DNA from: Squalus acanthias
Taxonomy: Eukaryota
Direction of reading: 5' to 3'
DNA: 64,000 bases
Assembly: GCA_030390025.1 (NCBI GenBank)
Contig: CM059429.1
Coordinates: forward strand, 39,990,001 to 40,054,000
Positions within the stretch are counted from its first letter, which is position 1. The number at the start of each line of letters is the position of its first letter. The position numbers and the translations under genes are program-made. The notes beneath the pieces are model-generated. The model saw only the letters and a program-made list of their open reading frames with translations. It made no database searches and was not told the DNA's origin. Positions 49,152 through 62,329 of the stretch are shown in pieces.

Positions 49152-50909
49152 CAATGTACCTCCTATAGTTTAGACTTTCCCCAGTGTTCATTGCTGGTTT
49201 TTGGGGTCAGATTGTTGCTCGAACTGAGCATACTTGAAAAATTGTACAACCAAATAATGACATCCCTTTCGAAGCGTTTTGTACAGTTGCACCCATTACT
49301 CTAATCGTTCTGAAGAGTCAGGAGTGCCATTTCTCAAATTTAAAAGGCAATCACAATGAGCAGAAAGGGATCTGCCACTTAGTCTTTTGACGAGACAACA
49401 TTTGGTTACCATAGAAACTCCCTCTGAAGTATTTGGTGCTGGCTTCCAGGGCTGAAAACATTTCAACAAACTAGAAACATTTTCTTCCATGTGTAACATT
49501 TGAACAAAAGCAAATACGGTAAAATAAAATATTATAACAAATACTTGTCTCCGTGAGGCTTCTCAGAAGCATGCACACACCAGGACTCCCTCCTTTCCAT
49601 TCCAGAGTGGGAGGAAGTCTCAAGAAGACAAGCTCAACACAGAAGTAAGAACTCTATGTACCAAGATAAAATTGTAACATTCAGAACCAGAAAGTCTACA
49701 GAAAATCTTTTTGGCAGCTGTTCTGTTGGATGAAGCTTGTTTTCTTGGAACCTACAAAGGGCGATTTGAACTAATTGTGCTTTGAGGGCAGTTCTAAAAC
49801 AACAAAACCATAGAAATGATTTTCATGGTTTGACGTTTATGACTTTAAGCTCATTTGTGAATTGTGGGTAAATAAAGGAATAGTTGTTTATGATGTAGTT
49901 TACAGGGTAATCCCATTTACTTCCTGCATGCAGCATGGTGTTTAATGTCCACATTCTCTAGGATTTCCTATGTGTGTGAGGGCAGCCACAACACGGTGTA
50001 AATGTAATTACTTCAAACTGTTTTCGGCCATGTTTTAAGGTTAGAAAAATAAATCATCTGCCCACAGGCCATAGGGGCCGGTGCCAAAGCTCGAGTCTAT
50101 CACTGAGCTGTATGCTAGGCCTCAGCTGGAAGCAATTAGACTCCAGCTGAGGTATTCTGCTGGGAGGGCGACTGCCACAAAATCACTCTCAGGAGATGGT
50201 TTTCTAAAAGTCATTGAATCACTGGAAATTTACAATCCATTTTCTGCTTTTCCTGGAGATAGATTTGGAGAGGCCACATACAGAAAGTAAACTGTTTAAA
50301 TGTCAGATCAAGATACTTTAATACACTGATAAAGCAGACCAACACTATATTTAATGTGGCCTCTAATCATGTAACTTGCTGTTCTAACCTGCGGTAACCC
50401 CATCGACCAAAGCACAGTTCTATAAGGAAAGTTAGTCATTGTTGTTGAAAATAGGTGTCAACACAGAAAACATAGAATTATGTAGAATATACAGCACAGA
50501 AACAGGCCATTCAGCCCAACTAGTCTGTGTTGGTGTTTATACTCCACACAAGTCTCCTCCCATTTAATCTACCTCATTTCAGCAGTCCCTTAAATCTGAC
50601 AATAGTGTTGGAATCTCAACCAAAGGGTTTAGTTCTAATCCAATTTTCCAGTTCCATTTAAACCAGTTTGTCTGCCTTCTGCAGTAGCGTTTTTACAGTT
50701 TTTAAAAACCAGGCTGCTTGTAGACAAGCAGATCACAAAAATGGATGCATCAGAGGAGGAGATGGGAAAACTAGCCGTTTCAATCCTGAACTGCCGTAAT
50801 CCTTTTAGATGACCAGAGTGCCATTGGAGGTCATTTTAACTTTCGGTGATGATGTAAAACGGGCAATATCGGATCAGCCGCTCGTTATCCTTTCCGTTGA
50901 CCACTGCCT

Positions 50910-52614
50910 GTTCCTGGGATGTGGGCATCGCTGGCAATGCCAGCATTTATTGCCCATCCCTAATTGCCCTCGAGAAGATGGTGGTGAGCCGCCTTCTTGA
51001 ACCACTGCTGTCCGTGTGGAGAAGGTACTCCCACAGTGCTGTTAGGGAGGGTTTCCAGGAATTTGACCCAGTGACGATGAAGGAACAGCGATATATTTCC
51101 AAGTCAGGATTGTGTGTGACTTGGAGGGGCAACTTGCAGGTGATGGTGTTCCCATGCGCCTGCTGCCCTTGTCCTTCTAGGTGGTAGAAGTCATGGGTTT
51201 GGGAGGTGCTGTCGGAGAAGCCTTGGTGAGTTGCTGCAGTGCGTCTTGTAGATGGTACACACTGCAGCCACAGTGCACCGGTGGTGGAGGGAGTGAATGT
51301 TTAAGGTGCTCGATGGAGTGCCAGTCAAGTGGGCTGCTTTGTCCTGGATGGTGTCGAGCTTCTTGAGTGTTGTTGGAGCTGGACTCATCCAGGCAAGTGG
51401 AGAGTATTCCATCACATGCCTGACTTGCACCTTGTAGATGGTGGAAAGGCTTTGGGGAGTCAGGAGGTGAGACTCTCGTTGCAGAATACCCAGCCTCTGA
51501 CCTGCTCTTGTAGCCACAGTATTTATATGGCTGGTCCGGTGGTCAATGGTGACCCCCAGGATGTTGATGGTGGGGAATTGGTGATGGGAATGCCGTTGAA
51601 TGTCAAGGGCGGTGGTTAGACTCTCTCTTGTTGGAGATGGTCATTGCCTGGCACTTGTGTGGCACAAATGTTACTTGCCACTTATCAGCTCAAGCCTGAA
51701 TGTCATTCAGGTCTTGCTGCATGCGGGCATGAACTGCTTCATTATCTGTGGAGTTGCGAATGGTGCTGAACACTGCGCAATCATCAGCGAACAGCCCCAC
51801 TTCTGACCTTATGTTGGAGGGAAGGTCATTGATGAAGCAGCTGAAGATGGTTGAGCCTAGGACACTGCCCTGAGAAAATCCTGCAGCGATGTCCTGGGGC
51901 TGAGATGATTGGCTTCCAACAACCACAACCATCTTCCTTTGTGCTAGGTATGACCCCAGCCAGTGGAGCGTTTTCCCCCCGGATTCCCATTGACTTCAAT
52001 TTTACTAGGGCTCCTTGATGCCACACCTGGTCAAATGCTGCCTTGATGTCAAGGGCAGTCACTCTCTCCACACCTCTGGAATTCAGCTCTTTTGTCCATG
52101 TTTGGACCAAGGCTGTAATGCGGTCTGGAGCCAAGTGGTCCTGGCAGAACCTAAACTGAACATCTATGAGCAAGTTATTGGTGAGTAAGTGCAGCTTGAT
52201 AGCACTGTCGACGACACCTTCAATCACTTTGCTGATGATTGAGGGTAGACTGATAGGGCGGCAATTGGCCAGATTGGATTTGTCCTGCTTTTTGTGGACA
52301 GGCCATACCTGAGCAGTTTTCCACATTGTCGGATAGATGCCAGTGTTGTAGCTGTACTGGAACAGCTTGGCTAGAGGTGCGGCTAGTTCTGGAGCACAAG
52401 TCTTCACCACCTGAGTCGGGATGTTATCAGGGCCCATATAGCCTTAGCTGTGTCCAGTGCACTCAGCCGTTTCGTGATATCACGTGGAGTGAATCAAATT
52501 GGCTGAAGGCTGGCTTCTGTGATGGTGGGGACCTCAGGAGGAGGCCGAGATGGATCATTCACTCGGCACTTCTGGCTGAAGATGGTGACAAATGCTTCAG
52601 CCTTGTCTTTTGCA
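50910..52614 (-). mobile_element. Zenon-like CR1-group LINE fragment (RT), disrupted
   Basis: GPDNIP..KTCAPELAAPL, TALDIKAAFDQVWH, QGSVLG, FADD; 3' end matches 38260-38520. Confidence 0.93.
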
Positions 52615-53930
52615 CTTTCTGGCAAATGGCCTGTGCGAGAAAGCATTAAAGTTGCCTCTATTAAATAACACCATTTTAGTGAACTGGCCACTTTAACAGA
52701 CTGGCTGTCTCTAACTTATGTGGATGGCCAGATTAATTTAACTGTGCTAAATAGATTTCCTATGTAACAAACAAAATCTATGTAATCAATATGTAAGTTA
52801 ACATAAGTTAACTATCATCCTGTTCCTGAATGTTTCAGTAGCTAGTTATCTTTTTTCACAAGCATACATTGCTCTTCCTTTAGCGTGATGAAACTATTTG
52901 AGTCTAACTATTTTTGTGCTCAATATTATTTAAATATTATTGTCCTAATGTATTTATTAATGAAACTATGATAATAACATTCTTTAAAAAGACACAGGAC
53001 ATAGGTTGGATTTTATTGCAAAAGTATAAATAGATATGTTCAGAAAAAGGGAAACTTTTGGAGCAAGTTTGAGATGGGTGTGAGTTTGCAGTAGAATCTA
53101 TGGTGTACTGAGGACTTTATGAGGCTGGTTTGTCAGACAAGGAAAGCTTTGAAAGCTGAACGCCTGATCAATAACAGTCCAGGAGCATCTGCTGATTGAA
53201 AAGATATGGAGTGAAATCCAAACTTTATCAGCTTCCTCCTTTCTGTTTTCATTTATTACATTCCTGAATTAGAGATTGAGGGATTATAATTGGATCAATC
53301 GGCTGTTCAACATCAACAACACTGGTTTGATGTGAAATCTGATAAAGTGTTAGATTGACAATTTAGCCAAATCTGGCTCCTGGAGCTTTCTGCCCCATAG
53401 ATACTTATCTTGCATTGTTTATCCAAAGTGGAGTCAATGGAAATTACTTTTTAATTTGATTAAATGTGACCCATGTGATGCCATCATTGATGGCGGCAAG
53501 AGCCCTTTCCAGGACAGAATCATCATATTGTTATGCCTGCCCCTAACAATCATCCATTTCAGATCAGTTTAAGGCAAACTTAACCCTTTAGGGGCCTATT
53601 TGCTGCAGTACTCAGAGTGACCCTAGCACTAGTCATTCCAGACAGCACTTAAGACATCATTTGTGATCTGCAGTATTTATATAACTGCAGACTTTGGACC
53701 TTAAAATCTAATTACTTGGACAAACAGGACAGACAGCAGAGTGGTGACACCACACTGATATCCCCTGTTCCCTATAGACTAGGCCCTCAGATCAAACAAC
53801 GGCTCCAATGTAACAACAGGCCACTGTTTGCAGTGATCCCAAGGTCATACCTGTACAAATTCTATTACCCTCATGGTGACTCTGGTGCATACCGTTTATA
53901 CTACAAGCATTTTTATGGTGCTGAATATAT

Positions 53931-54383
53931 AACAACAACAACTTGTATTTATATAGCACCTTTAATGTAGTAAAACGTCCCAAGGCGCTTCACAGGAGTA
54001 TTATAAGACAATAAATTTGACACATAAGGAGAAATTAGGGCAGGTGACCAAAAGCTTGGTCAAAGAGATAGGTTTTAAGGAGCATCTTAAAGGAGGAAAG
54101 AGAGGTAGAGAGGCAGAGAGGTTTAGGCAGGGAATTCCAGAGCTCAGGACCTAGGCAACAGAAGGCATAGCCACCAATGGTTGAGCGATTATAAGCAGGG
54201 ATGCTCAAGAGGGCAGAATTAGAGGAGCGCAGATATCTGGGGGGTTGTGGGGCTGAAGGAGATTATAGCGATAGGGAGGGGCGAGGCCATGGAGGGATTT
54301 GAAAACAAGGATGAGAATTTTGAAATCAAAGCGTTGCTTAACCGGGAGCCAATGTAGGTCAGCGAGCATAGGGGTGATGGGTG
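53931..54383 (-). mobile_element. L2-clade LINE 3' fragment
   Basis: Minus frame reads PITPMLADLHWLPVKQRFDFKILILVFKSLHGLAP; the tail GCTATATAAATACAAGTTGTTGTT resembles the Deu-SINE tails. Confidence 0.88.
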
Positions 54384-55127
54384 ATACATGCCATACAAAG
54401 TGGTTTTGAGCATGCCAATAGGACAGTGTGACTCGGGAGTTAGGTCAGTAATTAGACTCCTGTGTATACTACCTGTAGTGGGTAGTCTGACACTGCTTGT
54501 AATTTGTAGAAATATAACTCCAGCAAAGCTGCATTGGGCATCATAGAGACTTTCTAAACTTAGTTTACAATCTTTTAACATTATGAGAAAGCAGATGCTC
54601 TTGCCCATTCTCATCCAATATTAAAATGTATACACCTGAAACATAAGCCCTGTACAACATTGAAGTATACATGAACCGCACTCTTTTAGTGTTAAGTTCA
54701 GAGTGAGGTGCGCTTGGCAGTATAACTTAGATCTACCAAATAAGCAATGCACTCTCAGGTACTGGTCTCAGATGTTATCTAAAACTACACTCCAAGTTTG
54801 AAGTTGGATCCACATTGAGTATCAGATTCAATCTGTCTAAATGATATTATATTGGTGGAGCTGCTTTCTACTCCTTGTCAAATTGTGTTTAAAGTGTTTT
54901 TGCTTGTAAACTGGATACTTATATGAGCATCCCATCTAGTTCACATCTTCATGGAATTTGAATGTAAAATTTGACTGATTGCATAAAATTCAATAACTAG
55001 TAGTGCAAACCAAAATATATGCTAATGGAATTTCCAGCCCCCTCTTCTCCCCCCCCCCCCCAGTATAAATTTAGCAATACTGGCAGGTGTTCCATCTTCT
55101 CTTTGTGGCAACAGGGAGCTTACCATG

Positions 55128-55598
55128 AAGAAAAGAAAGAAGAAAAAATTGCATTTATATAGCACCATTCATGACCTCAGGATGTCCCAAAGCGCTTTAC
55201 AGTCAATTAAGTACTTCTGAAGTGTGGTCAGTGTTTTAATGTAGGAAACGCGGCAGCCAGTTTGCGCACAGCAAGCTCCCACAAATAGCAATGTAATAAT
55301 GACAAGACAATCTGTTTTTTTTAGTGATGTTGATTGAGGGATAAGTATTGGCCAGGACACTGGGGATAACTCCCCTGCTCTTCTTCAAAACAGTGCCATG
55401 GAATCTTTTACATCCACCTGAGAGAGCAGACAGTTTAATGTCTCATCCAAAAGAGAGCACCTCCAACAGTGCAGCACTCCCTCAGTACTGCACTGGAAGG
55501 TCAGCCTAGATTTTTGTGCTCAAGTCTCTGGAGTGGGACTTGAACCCACAACCTTCTGACTCAGAGGCGAGTGTGCTACCAACTGAGCCACAGTTGAC
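55128..55598 (-). mobile_element. Deu-domain tRNA-derived SINE (near full length)
   Basis: Minus-strand A box TGGCTCAGTTGG and B box GGTTCAAGTCC; homologous to 1247-1708. Confidence 0.9.
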
Positions 55599-56064
55599 GC
55601 AAGGTTCAAGGTGGAGTGAGCCACTCAAAATAACAGGCCCATACTAAATTATTCCAGTTGTAATACTGACAGCGGAAAAAAATCTCAGTTGGTGACTAGT
55701 AACCATCCATTTTAGTCTAAATGAATACAATATGTACAAGAATGAAGTCTGCTCCCTGCGCTGCCGTTTTCAGTGATTCTAATTAAGATTTGGCCTGTGT
55801 AAGCAGAAAGTCCAAATTAAATTAATTGTTATCCTTATAGTAAGAAACACCAAGCTGTACAGTCTTAATAAAGAGCAGGCACTGTGCATAAATTTTAATC
55901 TGAAAGGATTGCAATATAAAACGGTATCAAGCGGATATTCTTCTATATATCAATACCCCTTCTCCCTTAAAAAGTAAACCATATTTAACATGTAAGTTTA
56001 GAGGCATAGAAACTAAACTGGGCTGTCACAATTCTCGTAAATAGGTGGTGATGTCACACATTGT

Positions 56065-56655
56065 ATCACTGGAACATAGGAACAGGAGTAGGCCATTCAG
56101 CCCCTCGAGCCTGTTCACCATTCAAGTAGATCATGGCTGATCTGTATCTTAACTCCATCATAACAAAAATTATCAATCTCAGTTTTGACATTTTCAGTTG
56201 GCCTAGCATCAACAGATTTTCACTACCTTTGTGTGAAGAAGTGCTTCTTGACATCACCCCTGAACAAACTAGCTCTAAGTTTAAGGTTATGCCCCCTTGT
56301 TCTGGACTCCCCACCAGAGGAAATGGTTTTTCTCTATCTATCCTATCAACTCCTTTAATCATCCTCAGCACCTCAATTAGACCACCCTTTAATCTTCTAT
56401 ACTCAAAGAAATACAAGCCAAGTCTATGCAACCTGGCCTCATAATTTAACCCTTTCAGCTCCAGTATCATTCTGGTGAATCTGCGCTGCACCCCCTCTAA
56501 GACCAATATATCCTTCCTGAGGTGCGGTGCTAAGAACTGAACGCAGAACTCCAGATGCGGTCTAACCAGAGCTTTATACAACTATAGCATAACTTCCACC
56601 CCTTCGTATTCTAGTTCCCTTGAGATGAAGGCTAACATTCCATTAGCCTTTTTAA
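56065..56655 (-). mobile_element. CR1 LINE 3' fragment
   Basis: LYKALVRPHLEFCVQF..PHLRKDI..LEGVQRRFTR. Confidence 0.9.
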
Positions 56656-58369
56656 TTATAATTTATGTATCATTTCACACTACAATAAATACCATTCTAA
56701 TTATAAAAGTACATAAAGTCAGTCACCATATTTGGCAACTTTCATTTAAATTTTAAACTAAGCCTGTATCTTCAAAGCAACATCAATCCTCAGTCAAGAT
56801 GCAATATCAGCAACTGGCTTTGAATCCCCCACTGTTATAACCAGTCATGGAACATCACTCATAACTAAATGCCAAAATATAAGAGTACTCATGAAAGGGA
56901 ATTAGCAGGATTTAAAGCATCGTGCCAAAAAATAAAACTGCCCACATTTAGCTGTTATTTGATGAAATGTATGGTGTTTGTCTATAGGTTGGCTTACACT
57001 GTACATGTGCCAATATGACTTGCAATCTTGAACAAACAATGTCATTACTGCTCTTTTACACTTCAAAATTGATAAGTAAATTTAATCTGGACTCCACTTT
57101 GGAGTGGACATTGTGATATGGACTCCTCATCTATGTTAAAGGTGAGCAGTCAGTCTGATCTGGATGACTAGACAGAAGGCAATATACAAATCACCAAGGA
57201 CACTTTGCCTCCTACTATTCCCTTAGTCAGGTGGCAGCACCCATAACTGATGGAAATACTGCTACCACTTCAAAACCTTATTTCCCACTGAATGATTCTT
57301 TTCCTTGAATGCTCAAAAATGTGTAAATAACTGACAATCTTTCCACAATGTAGCTGTCTTTTATTTGCTTGCTATGAGGAAGAACACTGGGAAGATTAAT
57401 AGTACTAATACTGACCTACCATATAATATAGATTCAGAAAATAAGTAATACGAGAATAAGCAGTACATATGTACTCAGCCAGGGTTGGAGACAGCAACTT
57501 TAAAATTATACAGAATTGCTGGCAACTCCTACACCCACTGGTGCATAGGGAAGTCTAGAGCATGCTCCCTGTTAGTTTTGAATTTTTACATTAAAAATAG
57601 TGCAATGTGATTTAATTTAAACAATTTTACTTCACCATTGATAGATGTTTAATCAAAAAATTATGGGACAATAACTAACATTTGGATTTATTTATAGAAC
57701 AACTAGATGATCAATGCCCCAAAAGCCACCTCAACAATCATTGTCTCTCCTTCACTGCCTTCTTCTAACCTCCTTAGTTCACAGAGGCTAATCAATTAAT
57801 TCAATCTTCTTCCACACACCCTTCATTCATAGACACACTCTGCCTGTTTAACATGCTGCTTAGTGCTAGTCCTGGCTGCATCCAACCTGATCATTCAAGG
57901 ATTGGATTCTACATTGCCCCTGTGTAATTGTTGATTGATCACAAGACTAGGAATTCTGACTTGCAGCATAGGGTGAGGTGGTGGAATGAAGCAACAGTAT
58001 CAGGTACAAGCAGCAGTCAGGACCAGCCCCATAAACACCAACCTAGAAAATTAGCAAAAGCTGATCAATAGTTCTAAAAAACATTTCAAAAACCGCCCTG
58101 ATAAATAGTCCTGTGATGTGCAGCTACACTGACAATGCAGAGGCACAGGCTTGCCATCACTTAAGCTGCAGTTGCTACCCAATATTCCATCATTTGTATA
58201 GGGAAAAATCATGGCAAAAATCAGAGATTTTCCTTCAATTCTTGCAGAGAAATTGTGAGCTAATGTGGATACCTAATAGTACTTTCAGTCACTAAACCTA
58301 ATGATTAATGTTTTAAATGTGTTTATATTTTTGTCACAGTGACATGCAGGCACTTTTCTCCTTACGTCT

Positions 58370-58920
58370 CCAAGTTCAGAGAAGTGCTCGTCTCTCCTTT
58401 TACATCAACTCTCAGTTCACACTGGCATCCTTGACTTCATCCTCCTAGTTCATGCTGATAGTCGTCTCACCCCTCCTCGCCCCACCCCCTCAATTCTATA
58501 TGCCACTCTATACCCCCTCAGTTCATGCTGGCATCAATCGCCCAGTTCATTGTGGCTTTTCTCCCCCACCTCCACCACTTTACGCTGGCATTTATCTGCC
58601 TCTCCCTTGGAGTTCATGCTGACACTCTGCCCACCCCCCACCATTATTTCATACTGACAGTCTTTTCCCCCCCTTCTCTCAATTCAGAATGGCACTCCTC
58701 TCTCTCGATTCAATTCATGCTAACCCTTGCCTTTTACCCCCACTTTAAGTTGGCATCTTCACCCTCTCATCTCCTCCCCTCCTAGTTTATCCTCCTCTTT
58801 CCCCCCTCAGTTCATGGGGGGGAGCTTTCACCCTCCCATCCCAGTTCATGCGGGTACCTACAGCCCCCTCAGGTTATGTTGCCGCTCTTCATCCCCCATT
58901 GTTCATGCTGACACCATTCA
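58370..58920. repeat. Highly degenerate tandem array, about 36-bp units with core CAGTTCATGCTGRCA
   Basis: About 16 diverged cores separated by C/T-rich linkers. Confidence 0.7.
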
Positions 58921-59204
58921 GTATTACGGATTTACCTGTGGTTTCCTGGGGAGGAATAGCAATTTTCATTCAGAAACAACAGAACATTGTATTTTAAAGT
59001 TAAATCTAATCAATGTAAAAAAGGAAAGAAACACATATGCTGAAAGTCTGGAAAAAAAACACAGAAAATGCAAACCAGGTCTGTTAACATCTGAAAGAAG
59101 AAAAGATTAATCTAGTTTCCCTTTTTACTGCTCTGTATTTGCAATAGGATTTCGTTTCTAAGCAATGCAAACTGAAAAAATTCAGGTTTTTCAGAATTTC
59201 CAAA

Positions 59205-60025
59205 ACTATATAAACTAAATAGTACAATTTTAAAGGGGGTGCAGGAACAGAAAGACTTGTGGGGGTGGGGTACACAAGTCTTTGAAGGACAAGTTGAGAA
59301 GGCTGTTAAAAAGGCATACTCTACCTGAGGAAGGAGCGACAGCTCCGAAAGCTTGTAATTTTAAATAAATCTGTTGGACTATAACCTGGTGTTGTGCGAC
59401 TTCTCATTTTTATAAATAAGAGGCATAGAGTACAAAAGCAAGGAAGTTATGCCAAACCTTTACAAAACACTGGTTAGGTCCTAGTTGGAGTATTGTGGCC
59501 AATTCTGAGCACCACACTTTTGGAAGGATGTGAGGGCCTTGGAGAGGGTGCAGAAGAGATTTACTACAATGGTACCAGGGATGAGGGACTTCAGTTATGG
59601 GGAGAGACTGGAGAAGCTGGGGTTGTTCTCCTTAGAGCAGAGAAGGTTAAGGGGAGATTTGATAGAGGTGTTCAAAATCAAGAAGGGTTTTGATAGAGTA
59701 AATATGGAGAAACTGTTTTCAGTGGCAGAAGGGTCGGTAACCAGAGGACACAGATTTAAGGTGATTGGCAGAAGAACCAGAGGCGATATGAGGAAGAAAA
59801 AAATTATGCGGCGAGTTGTTATGATCTGGAATGCACTGCCTGAAAGGGTAGTGGAAGCAGATTCAATAATAACTTTCAAAAAGGAATTGGATAAATACTT
59901 GAAGAGGAAAAATTTATTGGGAAAGAGCAGGGGGGTGGAATTAATTGGATAGCTCTTTGAATGAGCCGGCATGGGAACGATGGGCCAAATGGACTCCTTC
60001 TGTGCTGTTTCATTCAATGATCTAT
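59205..60025 (+). mobile_element. CR1 LINE 3' fragment with a nested Penelope-like fragment
   Basis: ALERVQKRFTTMVPGMRDFSYGERLEKLGLFSLEQRRLRGDLIEVFKI; 3' UTR. Confidence 0.92.
59322..59357 (+). ncRNA. Minimal type I hammerhead ribozyme motif in a Penelope-like terminal fragment (about 59320-59405)
   Basis: tac-CTGAGGA-a-GGAGC-gaca-GCTCC-GAAA-GC-TT-gta: conserved core, 5-bp stem II, palindromic AAGCTT stem III and tac/gta stem I; followed by aataaatctgttggactataacctggtgttgtg. Confidence 0.75.
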
Positions 60026-61267
60026 TATTCAAATGACCTGATTTTGGATTAATGACTTTTAAATTTAATTCATTGCTCATCCCCAGTATTGCTGTTATAA
60101 CTAGTCACACTTTCTTCCTGTTAGTATGAAGAACAATAGGATTGACATTTTTTAAATGCTAACCTGCCACAAAACTGGATTTTATTATCTGTGACGCGTT
60201 TCTAGGCAACAGAGGATGTTAGGACAGTGACATCACATCACTACACTACCAGCCTTGCTGATTGGTAGCTTGACGAGATGTGAAACTGGACAATTAATGA
60301 TTGAGTTATACAAGATGCCAGTAAAACTCTTATGTAAAATGGAATTGAGATATATTTTACAAAAATGAACACCAATGAGTGATTAATTCAAACTACCAGC
60401 TTTACAGAAATACTCCTGTAACATTCCCACTAACCACTGAAAGTGATCGACATCCAAATGGTCCTGCTCTAGAATTAGACTGAAAGGGTTGGAACAATTT
60501 TACATGGTTGCACCTTACACATGACCTCTTTTGTACACTACAAGCTTTATTCCATTAAATGTGGATAGAAGTTACAAGGAAAACACTGGTGGAATCAAAA
60601 TTCCACATTCAAATAGTTTGATCTCTTGTTGATAGAATTTTGAAATCAAGCCATTGGCAAAGTTGGCATTACTTCAAAATTAATTCCCTTGAGGTTTTGT
60701 GGTTGTTTGAAAACATAGGATACTTATGGCATCATCAGTGGCAGCAGTTATTTCCTCATTAGTACTATCTGTGACCAAAGATGTTAAGACATGCTTTTGG
60801 TTTAATTTGCAAATGATTACATTGCTTATTAACAGGTTAATTACATATGTTGTTATTTTTATTGCCAAATTAGTCAGTGAGAGTTTGTTATTCTCACTAA
60901 CCAGTCCGATCATTAAAAGAACTAGCCCAAGTATGAGATTGTTAAACCTAATACATCACACCAGGTTAAGATTAACAGAGAATGTGAGGAAAATAGTGTT
61001 TGATTTTTGCAAGGCAGCAGTCGAACCTAGTTCCTCTTAGGATAAATCAAGAAGTTGAGATAAGTTGATTCCCTAAAGTACTTAGACATGGTTATCAGTT
61101 AGAATATAAAATGGCCAATAAAGATAAAAGACCATTTGAGAGTTAGTCCCCCTACAGTGTTGAATACACACAGAGAGGGCACAAAGGAAAGTCTCAACTA
61201 TAATTATAAGTAAATCAAATCCTCTGAATAGCTTGCACAAACCACTGCCCTCAGACATCTACAAACC

Positions 61268-62328
61268 TGGATGTTGTGTGACTTGGAGGGGCTCTTGTAC
61301 GTGATGGCGTTTCCATGACATTGCTGTTCTTGTCCTCCATAGTAAAGGTCGTGGGGCTGTGCGGTGCTTTAAAAGTAAGCTTGGAAAGTTGCTGCCATGC
61401 TTCCTGTACATATTACATACTGCAGCCACAGTGCATCGGTGGTGTAGAGGGTGTATATTGGCTCGGATTTTGCTCAGTGGCGAAGGAATAGCTTTTGCCG
61501 TTCACCTCATGTACAGTTGCCCACAGACATTTTGCGAGCTTGTCAGCGGAAACTTCCGGTCATCCGCCATCTGTTTCAGTGCGGCACCCTCTACAGGGGA
61601 TCTCTGGCATCTGTGAACAGGACAAGCAACAGCGAGGCTCTTCAACCAATCAGATTGAAGTATCCTCACTGAGCCACGCAGAGTCTAAACCAGCAAGTAA
61701 AAAACAGGAAATATAAATTACATTTAAATCATGTACAGGAAACTAAATAAAGATTGGGAAATACAGATGGGGGAGAGATAAAAGAGACAAACAGAAAAAG
61801 TTAAAAAAAATAATTTTTAGTTTAATTTTAAAATCTGCAACATTAATTTTCTTCTGAGGGAATGAGACTCCACACTTGCTAAATTATTTTTTCAGGGCCA
61901 GAAAAATTGTTCAGCAGTAATTATCATTTATTATGCCGTTAAAAACTCATTCACTCCTAAATGTAGCAGTCCTAACTTTTTCAGCCATTTTTAGTGTGGA
62001 ACTAATGGGTGAGTACACCAAGTTCACGCTATTACAGTGATTTCAGTTCCTAGTCTTTCAGCGAGGACTGAAACAGCGCACCCTGTGGAGGAGCAGGGTA
62101 TCTCTGACAGCAACTTCTGGATTTCCGCGCTTAACTGTGCATATGCAGATGCCAGAAGTTGCTGTCAGATTTACCCTGTAATAAGGGCGAGCGTTGATAG
62201 TCTCGCTGTTATTATTACAGCAAAATCTGGGCCAGTGAGTTGAGTGGCAGGGGTGCCAACCAGTTGGACTGCTCTGTCCTAGATGGTGTTGAGCTTATGT
62301 GTTGTTGTGGCAGCACCCATCCAGACAA
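61268..62328 (-). mobile_element. Old Zenon-like LINE fragment split by a MITE
   Basis: 61268-61459 and 62234-62328 are colinear with 51105-51400. Confidence 0.75.
61460..62233. mobile_element. Harbinger-type MITE
   Basis: TIRs GGCTCGGATTTTGCT / AGCAAAATCTGGGCC; TSD ATT/AGT; interrupts a LINE fragment. Confidence 0.8.
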
Positions 62329-62329
62329 C

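Noticed and set aside
55520-55598. tRNA genes at SINE/LINE heads (also 1630-1708 and 62330-62395)
   Set aside because: A/B boxes are present, but there is no complete cloverleaf and the heads are fused to SINE/LINE bodies.
58370-58920. CRISPR-like repeat-spacer array (also 27371-27860)
   Set aside because: Vertebrate context, degenerate repeats, low-complexity related spacers and no cas genes.
60300-61150. ORFs 60680..60913 and 60726..61040 as host genes
   Set aside because: They appear to be a heavily decayed LINE RT remnant and its antisense; too degraded to delimit.
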